Assembly (NCBI GenBank): GCA_017983615.1
Contig: JAGOBB010000009.1
Coordinates: forward strand, 6,257-70,256
Source of the DNA: Azonexus sp.
GTDB lineage: Bacteria > Pseudomonadota > Gammaproteobacteria > Burkholderiales > Rhodocyclaceae
Direction: 5' to 3'
Length of the DNA: 64,000 bases
In this document: in pieces, positions 56,221-64,000 of the stretch
How the letters are laid out: every line of letters starts with the position of its first letter
Numbering within the stretch: position 1 is the stretch's first letter
The notes under the pieces: generated by a model
Told to the model about the DNA's origin: nothing
Database searches by the model: none
Seen by the model: the letters and a program-made list of their open reading frames with translations, nothing else
Made by a program: the position numbers and the translations under genes

Positions 56221-57540
56221 TTAGCGCCCGATGGCGAAATACTCGATACCTGCCCCCCGCACGAACTTCGGATCGTACAGGTTGCGGCCGTCAAAAATCA
56301 CCGGGTTCTTCAGGGTCTTCTTGATTTCATCGAAATCGGGACTACGGAATTCCTTCCATTCGGTCACAATGACCAATGCATCGGCATTGTCGAGCGCCCC
56401 CATCGGATTCTCGGCATATTTCAGACCAGGCTCGTCACCAAAGATGCGCTGAGTCTCGTGCATGGCGACCGGGTCGTAGGCGGTCACCGTTGCCCCTGCC
56501 TCGAACAAATCGGCGATCAGTTCGCGACTGGGCGCTTCGCGCATGTCGTCGGTATTCGGCTTGAAGGCCAGGCCCCAGAGGGCAAAATGCATGCCCTTGA
56601 GGTCGCCAAAACGGGCCTTCAGCTTCTTGGTCAGCAGGTGCTTCTGGGCATCGTTGGCCTCTTCGACGGCAGTCAGCACCTTGAGTGTGATGTCGGCATC
56701 GTCCTGGGCAGTCTTGATCAACGCCTTGACGTCCTTCGGGAAGCAGGAACCGCCGTAGCCACAGCCCGGATAGAGGAAGTGGTAACCAATGCGCGGATCA
56801 GAACCGATGCCCTGGCGAACCATTTCGATATCCGCACCAAGCACCTCGGCCAGATTGGCCAGTTCGTTCATGAAGCTGATCCGCGTTGCCAGCATGGCAT
56901 TGGCGGCATATTTGGTCAGTTCCGCACTCTTGATGTCGGTGACGATCAGGCGCTCGTGATTGCGCTGGAACGGAGCGTACAGGGCGCGCATCAGGTGGAT
57001 GGCCTGGTCATCCTCGGCACCGACGACGATGCGATCGGGGCGCATGAAATCCTCCACCGCCGCGCCTTCCTTCAGGAATTCCGGATTGGAAACAACGCTG
57101 TACGGGGTGTTGACGCCACGCTTGGCCAATTCGTCGGCAATCGCGGCATGCACCTTGGCGCCGGTACCGACCGGAACGGTACTCTTATCCACAACCACCT
57201 TGTAGTCAGTCATCAGGCGGCCGATGTTGCGCGCCGCACCGAGCACGTATTGCAGGTCGGCGGAGCCATCCTCATCGGGCGGCGTACCGACCGCGATGAA
57301 CTGGACGGTACCGTGCAGGACTGCCTTTTCAATATCGGTAGTGAAATGCAGGCGACCGGCCGCAACGTTGCGCCGGACCATTTCCTGAAGACCCGGTTCG
57401 TAGATGGGAATACCGCCATCTTCGAGAATCTTGATCTTGGCAGGATCGACGTCCAGACAGAGAACATCGTTACCCACTTCGGCCAGACAGGTACCACTGA
57501 CCAGCCCCACATAGCCGGTACCGACAACAGTGATTTTCAT
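56221..57540 (-). CDS. ugd: UDP-glucose 6-dehydrogenase
   Basis: [37 protein letters not shown]. Confidence 0.95.
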   Translation of the reverse strand: MKITVVGTGYVGLVSGTCLAEVGNDVLCLDVDPAKIKILEDGGIPIYEPGLQEMVRRNVAAGRLHFTTDIEKAVLHGTVQFIAVGTPPDEDGSADLQYVLGAARNIGRLMTDYKVVVDKSTVPVGTGAKVHAAIADELAKRGVNTPYSVVSNPEFLKEGAAVEDFMRPDRIVVGAEDDQAIHLMRALYAPFQRNHERLIVTDIKSAELTKYAANAMLATRISFMNELANLAEVLGADIEMVRQGIGSDPRIGYHFLYPGCGYGGSCFPKDVKALIKTAQDDADITLKVLTAVEEANDAQKHLLTKKLKARFGDLKGMHFALWGLAFKPNTDDMREAPSRELIADLFEAGATVTAYDPVAMHETQRIFGDEPGLKYAENPMGALDNADALVIVTEWKEFRSPDFDEIKKTLKNPVIFDGRNLYDPKFVRGAGIEYFAIGR

Positions 57541-57548
57541 ATGCGTTC

Positions 57549-58721
57549 CTACAAGGATTGATCGAATTCTTCGCTACGACGCGGTGGATAGGTTTCCCAG
57601 CCGCCGCAAGCCGGACAACGCCAGTAAAACTGACGCGCCTTGAAACCGCAATTATCGCACCGATAGCGCGACAGTCGCTTGGTATACCCCTGGATGATGG
57701 ATTTTGCCAGTTCCACATCCGGACGGACCTCCGGTGCTGCCAGGGGCAGCCGGGCACTCATCAGCTTTTCCAGGCCAAGCAGGGTCGGATTGCGTTGCAG
57801 TTCGGCGCGTACCAACCGATAGGCTGCCTCGGTACCCTCGCTTTCGAGAACCAACTGATAAACCACTTCGAGCAGATCGAGCGAAGGGTAACGCTCAAGG
57901 TAGCCGCTAAGCAGCGCAATACCTTCAGTTGGCCGTTCCAGCCGGCGATAGGTTTCCAGAAGACGCTGCGCAACAAGCGCCAGATACGCCGGATCCTGCT
58001 GCTCGATGCGCTGCCACGCCTCGATGGCTTCCGACAACTTGCCTTCCTGGAGCAGGATATCGCCTTGCAGAAGGCTGGCGCGAACGCATTTCCGGTTTTC
58101 CTGCATCGCCACTTCGAGGTATTCGCGCGCCGAATCAGGGCGCGAACGCATGATCTCGTTTGCAGCCAATTCGCAGTAATACTCGGCGATTTCCCGATGC
58201 GATGCGACATCCGGCAGTTCACGGGCGATCTCGATAGCCTTCAGCCACTCCTTTTCGACCTGATAGATCTCCAGAAGATTTCGCTTCGCATCCTCTTCAA
58301 AGTCAGTACCGAGCAGCTTGTTGAAGATTTCCTCGGCCCGGTCCAGCAAGCCGGCCTTCAGGTAGTCCTGACCCAGTTCGGACAGGGCCTGCAAACGAAC
58401 TCGATCGTCGAGATCAGGCAGATCAATCAGGTTCTGGTGCATGCGGATAGCACGCTCCGTTTCGCCACGTCGCCGGAACAGGTTGCCAAGAGCGAAATGC
58501 AGTTCGACCGTCTGCGAATCGACCTTGGCCACTTCGAGAAACGAGTCAATGGCCTTGTCCGGTTGCTCATTGAGCAGGAAATTCAGGCCTTGAAAATATG
58601 ACCGCGGAAGAGAACGGGACTCGTGGACAACCTGCCGCATATCGACGCGGGCTGCCGCCCAGCCCAGCCCAAAAAAGACCGGGATAAGCAGCAATTGCCA
58701 GTAATCAAAAAATTCGTTCAT
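57549..58721 (-). CDS. lapB: Lipopolysaccharide assembly protein B
   Basis: N-terminal [21 protein letters not shown] repeats, C-terminal CxxC...CPAC. Confidence 0.93.
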   Translation of the reverse strand: MNEFFDYWQLLLIPVFFGLGWAAARVDMRQVVHESRSLPRSYFQGLNFLLNEQPDKAIDSFLEVAKVDSQTVELHFALGNLFRRRGETERAIRMHQNLIDLPDLDDRVRLQALSELGQDYLKAGLLDRAEEIFNKLLGTDFEEDAKRNLLEIYQVEKEWLKAIEIARELPDVASHREIAEYYCELAANEIMRSRPDSAREYLEVAMQENRKCVRASLLQGDILLQEGKLSEAIEAWQRIEQQDPAYLALVAQRLLETYRRLERPTEGIALLSGYLERYPSLDLLEVVYQLVLESEGTEAAYRLVRAELQRNPTLLGLEKLMSARLPLAAPEVRPDVELAKSIIQGYTKRLSRYRCDNCGFKARQFYWRCPACGGWETYPPRRSEEFDQSL

Positions 58722-58999
58722 GCGGCGGGAGGGATTTCCGCATTGGCCGACGGCACGGAGCGGCTGGCACCGCGCTTGAGACGCGAGATTTCCCGACGCT
58801 GGCGAAAGATGACACCAACCAGGGAAAGCGCGCCAAGTATGGCTCCACCGACAAAAAACAGCAGCAGCACTATGACCAGTGGCGCCTGCCAGTCCTGCCC
58901 CGGAATGAGACGAAGCGTGGCTGTTTCGGTGTTCTGGACAGAGAACACCACCAGAATCGCGAAGATGATAAGCCTGATGGCCCAAGTCAAAGCTGTCAT
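58718..58999 (-). CDS. lapA: Lipopolysaccharide assembly protein A
   Basis: Two TMs, QN motif, WQAPL; sits between ihfB and lapB. Confidence 0.85.
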   Translation of the reverse strand: MTALTWAIRLIIFAILVVFSVQNTETATLRLIPGQDWQAPLVIVLLLFFVGGAILGALSLVGVIFRQRREISRLKRGASRSVPSANAEIPPAA

Positions 59000-59009
59000 G
59001 ACATTCAAT

Positions 59010-59038
59010 AAAAAGGGGCAGTGAAATTTCACTGCCCC
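59010..59038 (-). terminator. Terminator after ihfB
   Basis: GGGGCAGTGAAATTTCACTGCCCC followed by TTTTT on the minus strand. Confidence 0.8.
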
Positions 59039-59070
59039 GAATCTACCACATTGGCGGGCCAAGTCCGGCG

Positions 59071-59355
59071 TCAGATCGCCTGATCGACCCTTTCACGCAA
59101 TTCTTTTCCGGCCTTGAAGTGGGGAACCCACTTGGCCGGCACGCTGACCTTTTCCCCCGATTTGGGATTGCGTCCAACACGCGGGGGACGGTAGTTGAGC
59201 GCAAAGCTGCCGAATCCGCGGATCTCGATACGATCTCCTCGCACAAGTGCTTCGGACATCGCATCGAGAATCATCTTGACCGCAAAATCAGCATCCTTCG
59301 CCACCAACTGCGGAAAACGCTCCGCCAGCTGGGCGATGAGCTCGGATTTGGTCAT
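59071..59355 (-). CDS. ihfB: Integration host factor beta subunit
   Basis: [34 protein letters not shown]. Confidence 0.97.
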   Translation of the reverse strand: MTKSELIAQLAERFPQLVAKDADFAVKMILDAMSEALVRGDRIEIRGFGSFALNYRPPRVGRNPKSGEKVSVPAKWVPHFKAGKELRERVDQAI

Positions 59356-59367
59356 GCTTTTGCCTTA

Positions 59368-61047
59368 TCAGCCTTGCTGGTTGAGCTTGGCCTTCAGCAG
59401 GGCGCCGAGGTTGGTCGTACCGGAGGCAGCAGCGGAAGACTCGGCAGACAGCTTCTGCATGGCTTCGTGCTGTTCGGCATTGTCCTTGGCCTTGATCGAC
59501 AGGTTGATGCCACGGGTCTTGCGATCCACGTTGATGATCATGGCTTCAACGGTATCGCCCACCTTCAGGTGTTGCGACAGGTCGTCGATACGATCACGCG
59601 AGAATTCGGAAGCACGCAGGTAACCTTCGTTCTCGCCATCCAGGGTCAGCACGGCACCGCGGGCATCGACCGTCTTGACGGTGCAACGCACGATGCTGTT
59701 CTTTTCGTGGGTAGCGATGAAGTTGGTGTACGGATCGCCTTCGAGCTGCTTGATACCGAGGGAGATACGCTCCTTCTCGACGTCAATGCCGAGCACGACA
59801 GCCTCGACTTCGTCGCCCTTCTTGAAATTGCGGATGGCTTCTTCGCCGGTCGCCGACCAGGACAGGTCGGACAGGTGAACCAGGCCATCGATGCCGCCGG
59901 GCAGGCCGATGAAGATGCCGAAGTCGGTAATCGACTTGATGGCGCCCTTAACCTTGTCGCCCTTCTTGTGGTTCATCGCGAAATCGTCCCACGGATTGGC
60001 TTGACACTGCTTCATGCCGAGGGAGATACGACGACGCTCTTCGTCGATTTCGAGGATCATGACTTCGACTTCGTCGCCGAGCTGGACAACCTTGGACGGG
60101 TGAACGTTCTTGTTGGTCCAGTCCATTTCGGACACGTGCACCAGGCCTTCGATGCCTTGTTCGATTTCAACGAAGGAACCGTAGTCGGTCAGGTTGGTGA
60201 CCTTGCCGAACAGACGGGTACCGGCCGGGTAACGGCGGGCGATGCCAACCCACGGATCGTCGCCGAGCTGCTTCATGCCCAGGGAAACGCGGTTCTTCTC
60301 GGCATCGAACTTGAGGATCTTGGCGGTCACTTCGTCACCGACGTTGAGCACTTCGCTCGGGTGACGGACACGGCGCCAGGCCAAGTCGGTAATGTGCAGC
60401 AGGCCATCGATGCCGCCCAAGTCGACGAATGCGCCGTAGTCGGTGATGTTCTTGACGATACCCTTGACGACGGTACCTTCCTTCAGGTTCTCCATCAGCT
60501 TTTCGCGATCCTTGTCCGCGGTAGCTTCGAGGACGGCACGGCGCGACAACACGACGTTGTTGCGCTTGCGGTCGAGCTTGATGACCTTGAATTCGAGGGT
60601 CTTGCCTTCGTACGGGGTGGTGTCCTTGACCGGACGCATATCGACCAGCGAGCCCGGCAGGAAGGCACGGACGCCGTTGGACATGACGGTGAGGCCGCCC
60701 TTGACCTTGCCGGTAATCGTACCGGTGACCAGAGCGCCGTCGTTCAGGGCTTGTTCCAGGAAGTTCCAGGCGGCGATGCGCTTGGCGCGATCGCGGGACA
60801 GGCGCGTGGCGCCGTAGCCGTCTTCCAGCATTTCGATGGCAACCTGGACGAAGTCGCCCACTTGCACTTCGATTTCACCCTGATCATTCAGGAATTCTTC
60901 GAGCGGAACATAGGATTCCGATTTCAGGCCGGCATTGACCACGACGAAATTGTGATCGATGAGCACCACTTCTGCAGTGATGACTTCGCCTTGACGCATT
61001 TCCTGGCGAGCCAGGGATTCTTCAAAAAGTTGAGCAAAAGATTCCAT
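59368..61047 (-). CDS. rpsA: 30S ribosomal protein S1
   Basis: [11 protein letters not shown], repeated S1 domains (AFLPGS, GLLHITD, GLVHVSE, GLVHLSD). Confidence 0.98.
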   Translation of the reverse strand: MESFAQLFEESLARQEMRQGEVITAEVVLIDHNFVVVNAGLKSESYVPLEEFLNDQGEIEVQVGDFVQVAIEMLEDGYGATRLSRDRAKRIAAWNFLEQALNDGALVTGTITGKVKGGLTVMSNGVRAFLPGSLVDMRPVKDTTPYEGKTLEFKVIKLDRKRNNVVLSRRAVLEATADKDREKLMENLKEGTVVKGIVKNITDYGAFVDLGGIDGLLHITDLAWRRVRHPSEVLNVGDEVTAKILKFDAEKNRVSLGMKQLGDDPWVGIARRYPAGTRLFGKVTNLTDYGSFVEIEQGIEGLVHVSEMDWTNKNVHPSKVVQLGDEVEVMILEIDEERRRISLGMKQCQANPWDDFAMNHKKGDKVKGAIKSITDFGIFIGLPGGIDGLVHLSDLSWSATGEEAIRNFKKGDEVEAVVLGIDVEKERISLGIKQLEGDPYTNFIATHEKNSIVRCTVKTVDARGAVLTLDGENEGYLRASEFSRDRIDDLSQHLKVGDTVEAMIINVDRKTRGINLSIKAKDNAEQHEAMQKLSAESSAAASGTTNLGALLKAKLNQQG

Positions 61048-61135
61048 TGACGGAGAGAACTTTCATACCGCAGATCGTGAAATCCACAGCGGGTTGGAGA
61101 TTAAAAAAATCACCGGCCACACGGCCGGCAACGCC

Positions 61136-63073
61136 TTACTTCGAAGCTTCCCTGCTCCATTCCAGTACCTGATTCACCGCCTGTTCGATGGTGAGATGCG
61201 TGGTGTCGAGCAGCTTTGCATCGGCATCCTGCCGGAGCGGGGCAACGCTGCGTTGCGAGTCGCGCTCGTCGCGTTGCCTGAGATCTAGCAGAAGGTCCGC
61301 GAGATTAGCAGAGAAACCTTTTTCGATCAACTGCTTATACCGGCGTTCGGCGCGCGCTTCGGCACTCGCCGTCAGGAAGACCTTGAGCGCCGCCCGCGGG
61401 AAGACCACCGAGCCCATGTCGCGCCCGTCACCGATCAGGCCAGGGGCCTTGTTGAAAGCCCGCTGACGGAACAGTAATGCCTCGCGCACAGCCGGCAGCG
61501 CGGCCACTTTAGAGGCGCCAGCCGACATCTCCTCGGTGCGGATTGCATCGCCGACCAGGCAGCCGTTGAGGCGGATATCGCTCTCGGAAAATTCGACGTC
61601 CAGCCCGGCGGCAATGGCTGCCACAGCGGCCTCATCGGCCCAGTCGATGGCGGCCTGTTTGGCCGCCAGTGCGGTCAGGCGATAGAGGGCGCCCGAATCC
61701 AGGTAATCGTAGCCAAGAGCCGTGGCGACGCGCGCCGCGACAGTGCCTTTTCCCGAGGCCGATGGGCCGTCGATGGCGATGACTGGCGCCGCCTTGGTCA
61801 CCCCGGCGAAACGTGCGAAGTAATCAGGGAAGGTCTTGGCAACGCATTTCGGGTCGTTGATGCGCAGCGGCGTGCCGAAGGCGGCCAGCGAGAAGCACAT
61901 GGCGACGCGATGGTCGTCGTAGGTATCGATCGCCGCCGGTTTCAGCACGGCCGGTGTGACGCGGATGAAATCCTCACCCTCCTCAACATCGGCGCCCAGC
62001 TTGCGCAGTTCGGTAGCCATGGCGACGATGCGGTCGGTTTCCTTGACCCGCCAGCTGGCGATGTTGCGCAAGGTGGTCGTGCCCTTGGCGAACAGCGCAG
62101 CAGTCGCCAGTGTCATTGCCGCATCGGGAATGTGGTTGCAATCGAGATCGACCGCGACCAGCCCGGATTGCGGCGCCCGCGCTTCCATCCAGTTCGGCCC
62201 CATTTCGATTTCAGCGCCCATCTGGGCCAGCGCATCGGCGAATTTGACGTCACCCTGAATCGAATCGCGGCCGACGCCTTCGACGCGTAGCGGCCCGCCG
62301 CCGATGGCGCCAAGTGCCAGGAAATAGGAAGCCGACGAGGCATCGCCCTCGACGTAGATGGTGCCTGGCGAGACGTAGCGGCTACCGGCCTTGACGGTAA
62401 AGCGCTGCCAGCCGTCGCGCTCGACCGTGACGCCGAAGCGGGCCATCGTGGCCAGCGTAATCTCGATGTAGGGCTTGGAAATCAACTCACCGACGACGTC
62501 GACCGTCACGGTCTCACCGGTCAGTGGCAGGGCCATCAGCAACCCGGTCAGAAACTGGCTGGAAACGTCGCCGCGCACCTGAACGCTCCCGCCGGGCTGG
62601 ATGGTGGCCGGCTTCAGGCGCAACGGCGGAAAACCGTCGTTACCAAGGTAAGTCACATCGGCGCCGAGCTGGCGCAGGCCATCGACGAGGTCGCCAATCG
62701 GACGTTCGTGCATGCGGGCGACGCCCTTCAGCACGTAATCGCCGCCGGCCAGAGCCAGCGCCGCGGTCAACGGCCGGAAGGCAGTGCCGGCATTGCCGAG
62801 GAAGAGTTCAGCCTGCTTGATCGGGAAACGGCCGGCGCAACCCTTGATCAGCCAGTTTTCGCCCCCCAGTGCGGTGACGCCGACGCCCAGCGTCTTGAGC
62901 GCCTCAAGCATGCGTTCTGTGTCGTCTGAAGCGAGCAGGTCACGAACCTCGGTTTCGCCATCGGCCAGCGCCGCGAGCAGCAGCACTCGGTTGGAAATGC
63001 TCTTCGAGCCAGGCAGGCGCACCGTGCCGGCTGCGCTCAACAACTGGGGAATATCAAGAAATTCTTGGGTCAC
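61136..63073 (-). CDS. aroA: Fused EPSP synthase/cytidylate kinase (AroA-Cmk)
   Basis: [30 protein letters not shown], then [13 protein letters not shown] and DGRDMG in one frame. Confidence 0.95.
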   Translation of the reverse strand: MTQEFLDIPQLLSAAGTVRLPGSKSISNRVLLLAALADGETEVRDLLASDDTERMLEALKTLGVGVTALGGENWLIKGCAGRFPIKQAELFLGNAGTAFRPLTAALALAGGDYVLKGVARMHERPIGDLVDGLRQLGADVTYLGNDGFPPLRLKPATIQPGGSVQVRGDVSSQFLTGLLMALPLTGETVTVDVVGELISKPYIEITLATMARFGVTVERDGWQRFTVKAGSRYVSPGTIYVEGDASSASYFLALGAIGGGPLRVEGVGRDSIQGDVKFADALAQMGAEIEMGPNWMEARAPQSGLVAVDLDCNHIPDAAMTLATAALFAKGTTTLRNIASWRVKETDRIVAMATELRKLGADVEEGEDFIRVTPAVLKPAAIDTYDDHRVAMCFSLAAFGTPLRINDPKCVAKTFPDYFARFAGVTKAAPVIAIDGPSASGKGTVAARVATALGYDYLDSGALYRLTALAAKQAAIDWADEAAVAAIAAGLDVEFSESDIRLNGCLVGDAIRTEEMSAGASKVAALPAVREALLFRQRAFNKAPGLIGDGRDMGSVVFPRAALKVFLTASAEARAERRYKQLIEKGFSANLADLLLDLRQRDERDSQRSVAPLRQDADAKLLDTTHLTIEQAVNQVLEWSREASK

Positions 63074-63102
63074 AAAATCACCGTCAGCAGATCAGACTTG
63101 CT

Positions 63103-63639
63103 TCAAAAAGACGCCAGGAACGGCGCCACACTATCCTTGGGGGACAACAGCACGTCGCCCGTCACCGGCCAGGCTATCCCGATCGTCGGGTCGTTCCAGC
63201 GCAGGCTTCGCTCGTGCTCGGGCGAGTAATACTCGGTCGTCTTGTAGAGAAAATCAGCTGTCTCGGACAAGGTCAGGAAGCCATGGGCAAACCCGGGTGG
63301 AATCCACAACTGTTTCTTGTTGTCGGCGGTGAGGATTTCGCCGACCCATTGGCCGTAGGTGGCCGAGTCCTTGCGCAGGTCGACCGCCACGTCGAAGACC
63401 TCGCCGCTAACGACGCGGACCAGTTTGCCCTGCGCCTTCGGTGCCACCTGCCAATGCAGGCCGCGAATGACGTTCTTCGCGCTCCGCGAATGGCTGTCCT
63501 GAACGAAGACAATTTCCCGCCCGAGCGCTTCGTTGAAGACCTTCTGGTTGAAGCTCTCCAGGAAGAAGCCGCGTTCATCACCGAATACCCGGGGCTCGAT
63601 GATCAGGATGTCGGCAATTCGTGCCGGAGTCACCTTCAT
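63103..63639 (-). CDS. rmlC: dTDP-4-dehydrorhamnose 3,5-epimerase
   Basis: [31 protein letters not shown]. Confidence 0.93.
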   Translation of the reverse strand: MKVTPARIADILIIEPRVFGDERGFFLESFNQKVFNEALGREIVFVQDSHSRSAKNVIRGLHWQVAPKAQGKLVRVVSGEVFDVAVDLRKDSATYGQWVGEILTADNKKQLWIPPGFAHGFLTLSETADFLYKTTEYYSPEHERSLRWNDPTIGIAWPVTGDVLLSPKDSVAPFLASF

Positions 63640-64000
63640 CGGTAAACCTTTTCCTTCAAGAGGTTGAACAGGTACTGGCCATAGCCGGTCTTGGCCAGGC
63701 TCTGGGCGAGTTGTTCAAGCTGTTCGTCATTGACCCACTGCTGGCGCCAGGCGATTTCCTCGGGGCAGGCGACTTTCAGGCCCTGCCGCTTTTCGATGGT
63801 GGCGATGAACTGGCCGGCTTCGAGCAGGCTGTCGTGGGTGCCGGTATCGAGCCAGGCGTAGCCGCGGCCCATGATTTCGACCTTGAGCTTCTGCCTTTCC
63901 AGGTAGACGCGATTGACGTCGGTGATCTCCAGTTCGCCGCGGGCGCTGGGCTTGAGGTCGCGGGCAATGGCGACGACCTCGTTGTCGTAGAAATAGAGGC
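63636..64000 (-). CDS. rmlA: Glucose-1-phosphate thymidylyltransferase (3' part; runs off the window)
   Basis: [38 protein letters not shown]. Confidence 0.93.
   Translation of the reverse strand, partial: LYFYDNEVVAIARDLKPSARGELEITDVNRVYLERQKLKVEIMGRGYAWLDTGTHDSLLEAGQFIATIEKRQGLKVACPEEIAWRQQWVNDEQLEQLAQSLAKTGYGQYLFNLLKEKVYR

Noticed and set aside
63480-63510. RmlC QDSHS instead of the usual QDNHS
   Set aside because: Single substitution; the other catalytic motifs are intact, so there is not enough evidence for altered function.

Overview
GC-rich betaproteobacterial chromosome segment; gene order and protein style suggest Rhodocyclales (Dechloromonas/Azonexus-like), which is an inference. 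It holds a large fatty-acid degradation cluster under a PsrA-type TetR regulator (fadE, two thiolase/multifunctional-enzyme pairs, fadL, fadD). It also holds gltX and eight tRNA genes, fpr-finR, mltD, a peptide ABC transporter, mltF, serS, rarA-lolA-ftsK-crp-trxB, glnB-nadE-ppa, cysM-hldD-ugd-lapAB-ihfB-rpsA, an aroA-cmk fusion and rmlC/rmlA. The most striking unexplained signal is a dispersed, non-palindromic motif, AAATGCTACGGTCR, followed by two A/T tracts about one helical turn apart. It occurs 14 times (7 per strand), inside core genes and between them. Its architecture mirrors the Pasteurellaceae DNA uptake signal sequence, so it is a candidate undescribed DNA-uptake (self-recognition) sequence. 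Other leads: a FolB-like + atypical DHFR + Cache/GGDEF/EAL operon (possible pterin-controlled c-di-GMP signalling); a Dlt-like A-domain/MBOAT/carrier cassette with an RtxC-like desaturase near tRNA-Ser; a secreted chalcone-isomerase-fold protein inside the fad operon; and a degenerate hldD next to a possible hldE deletion scar.
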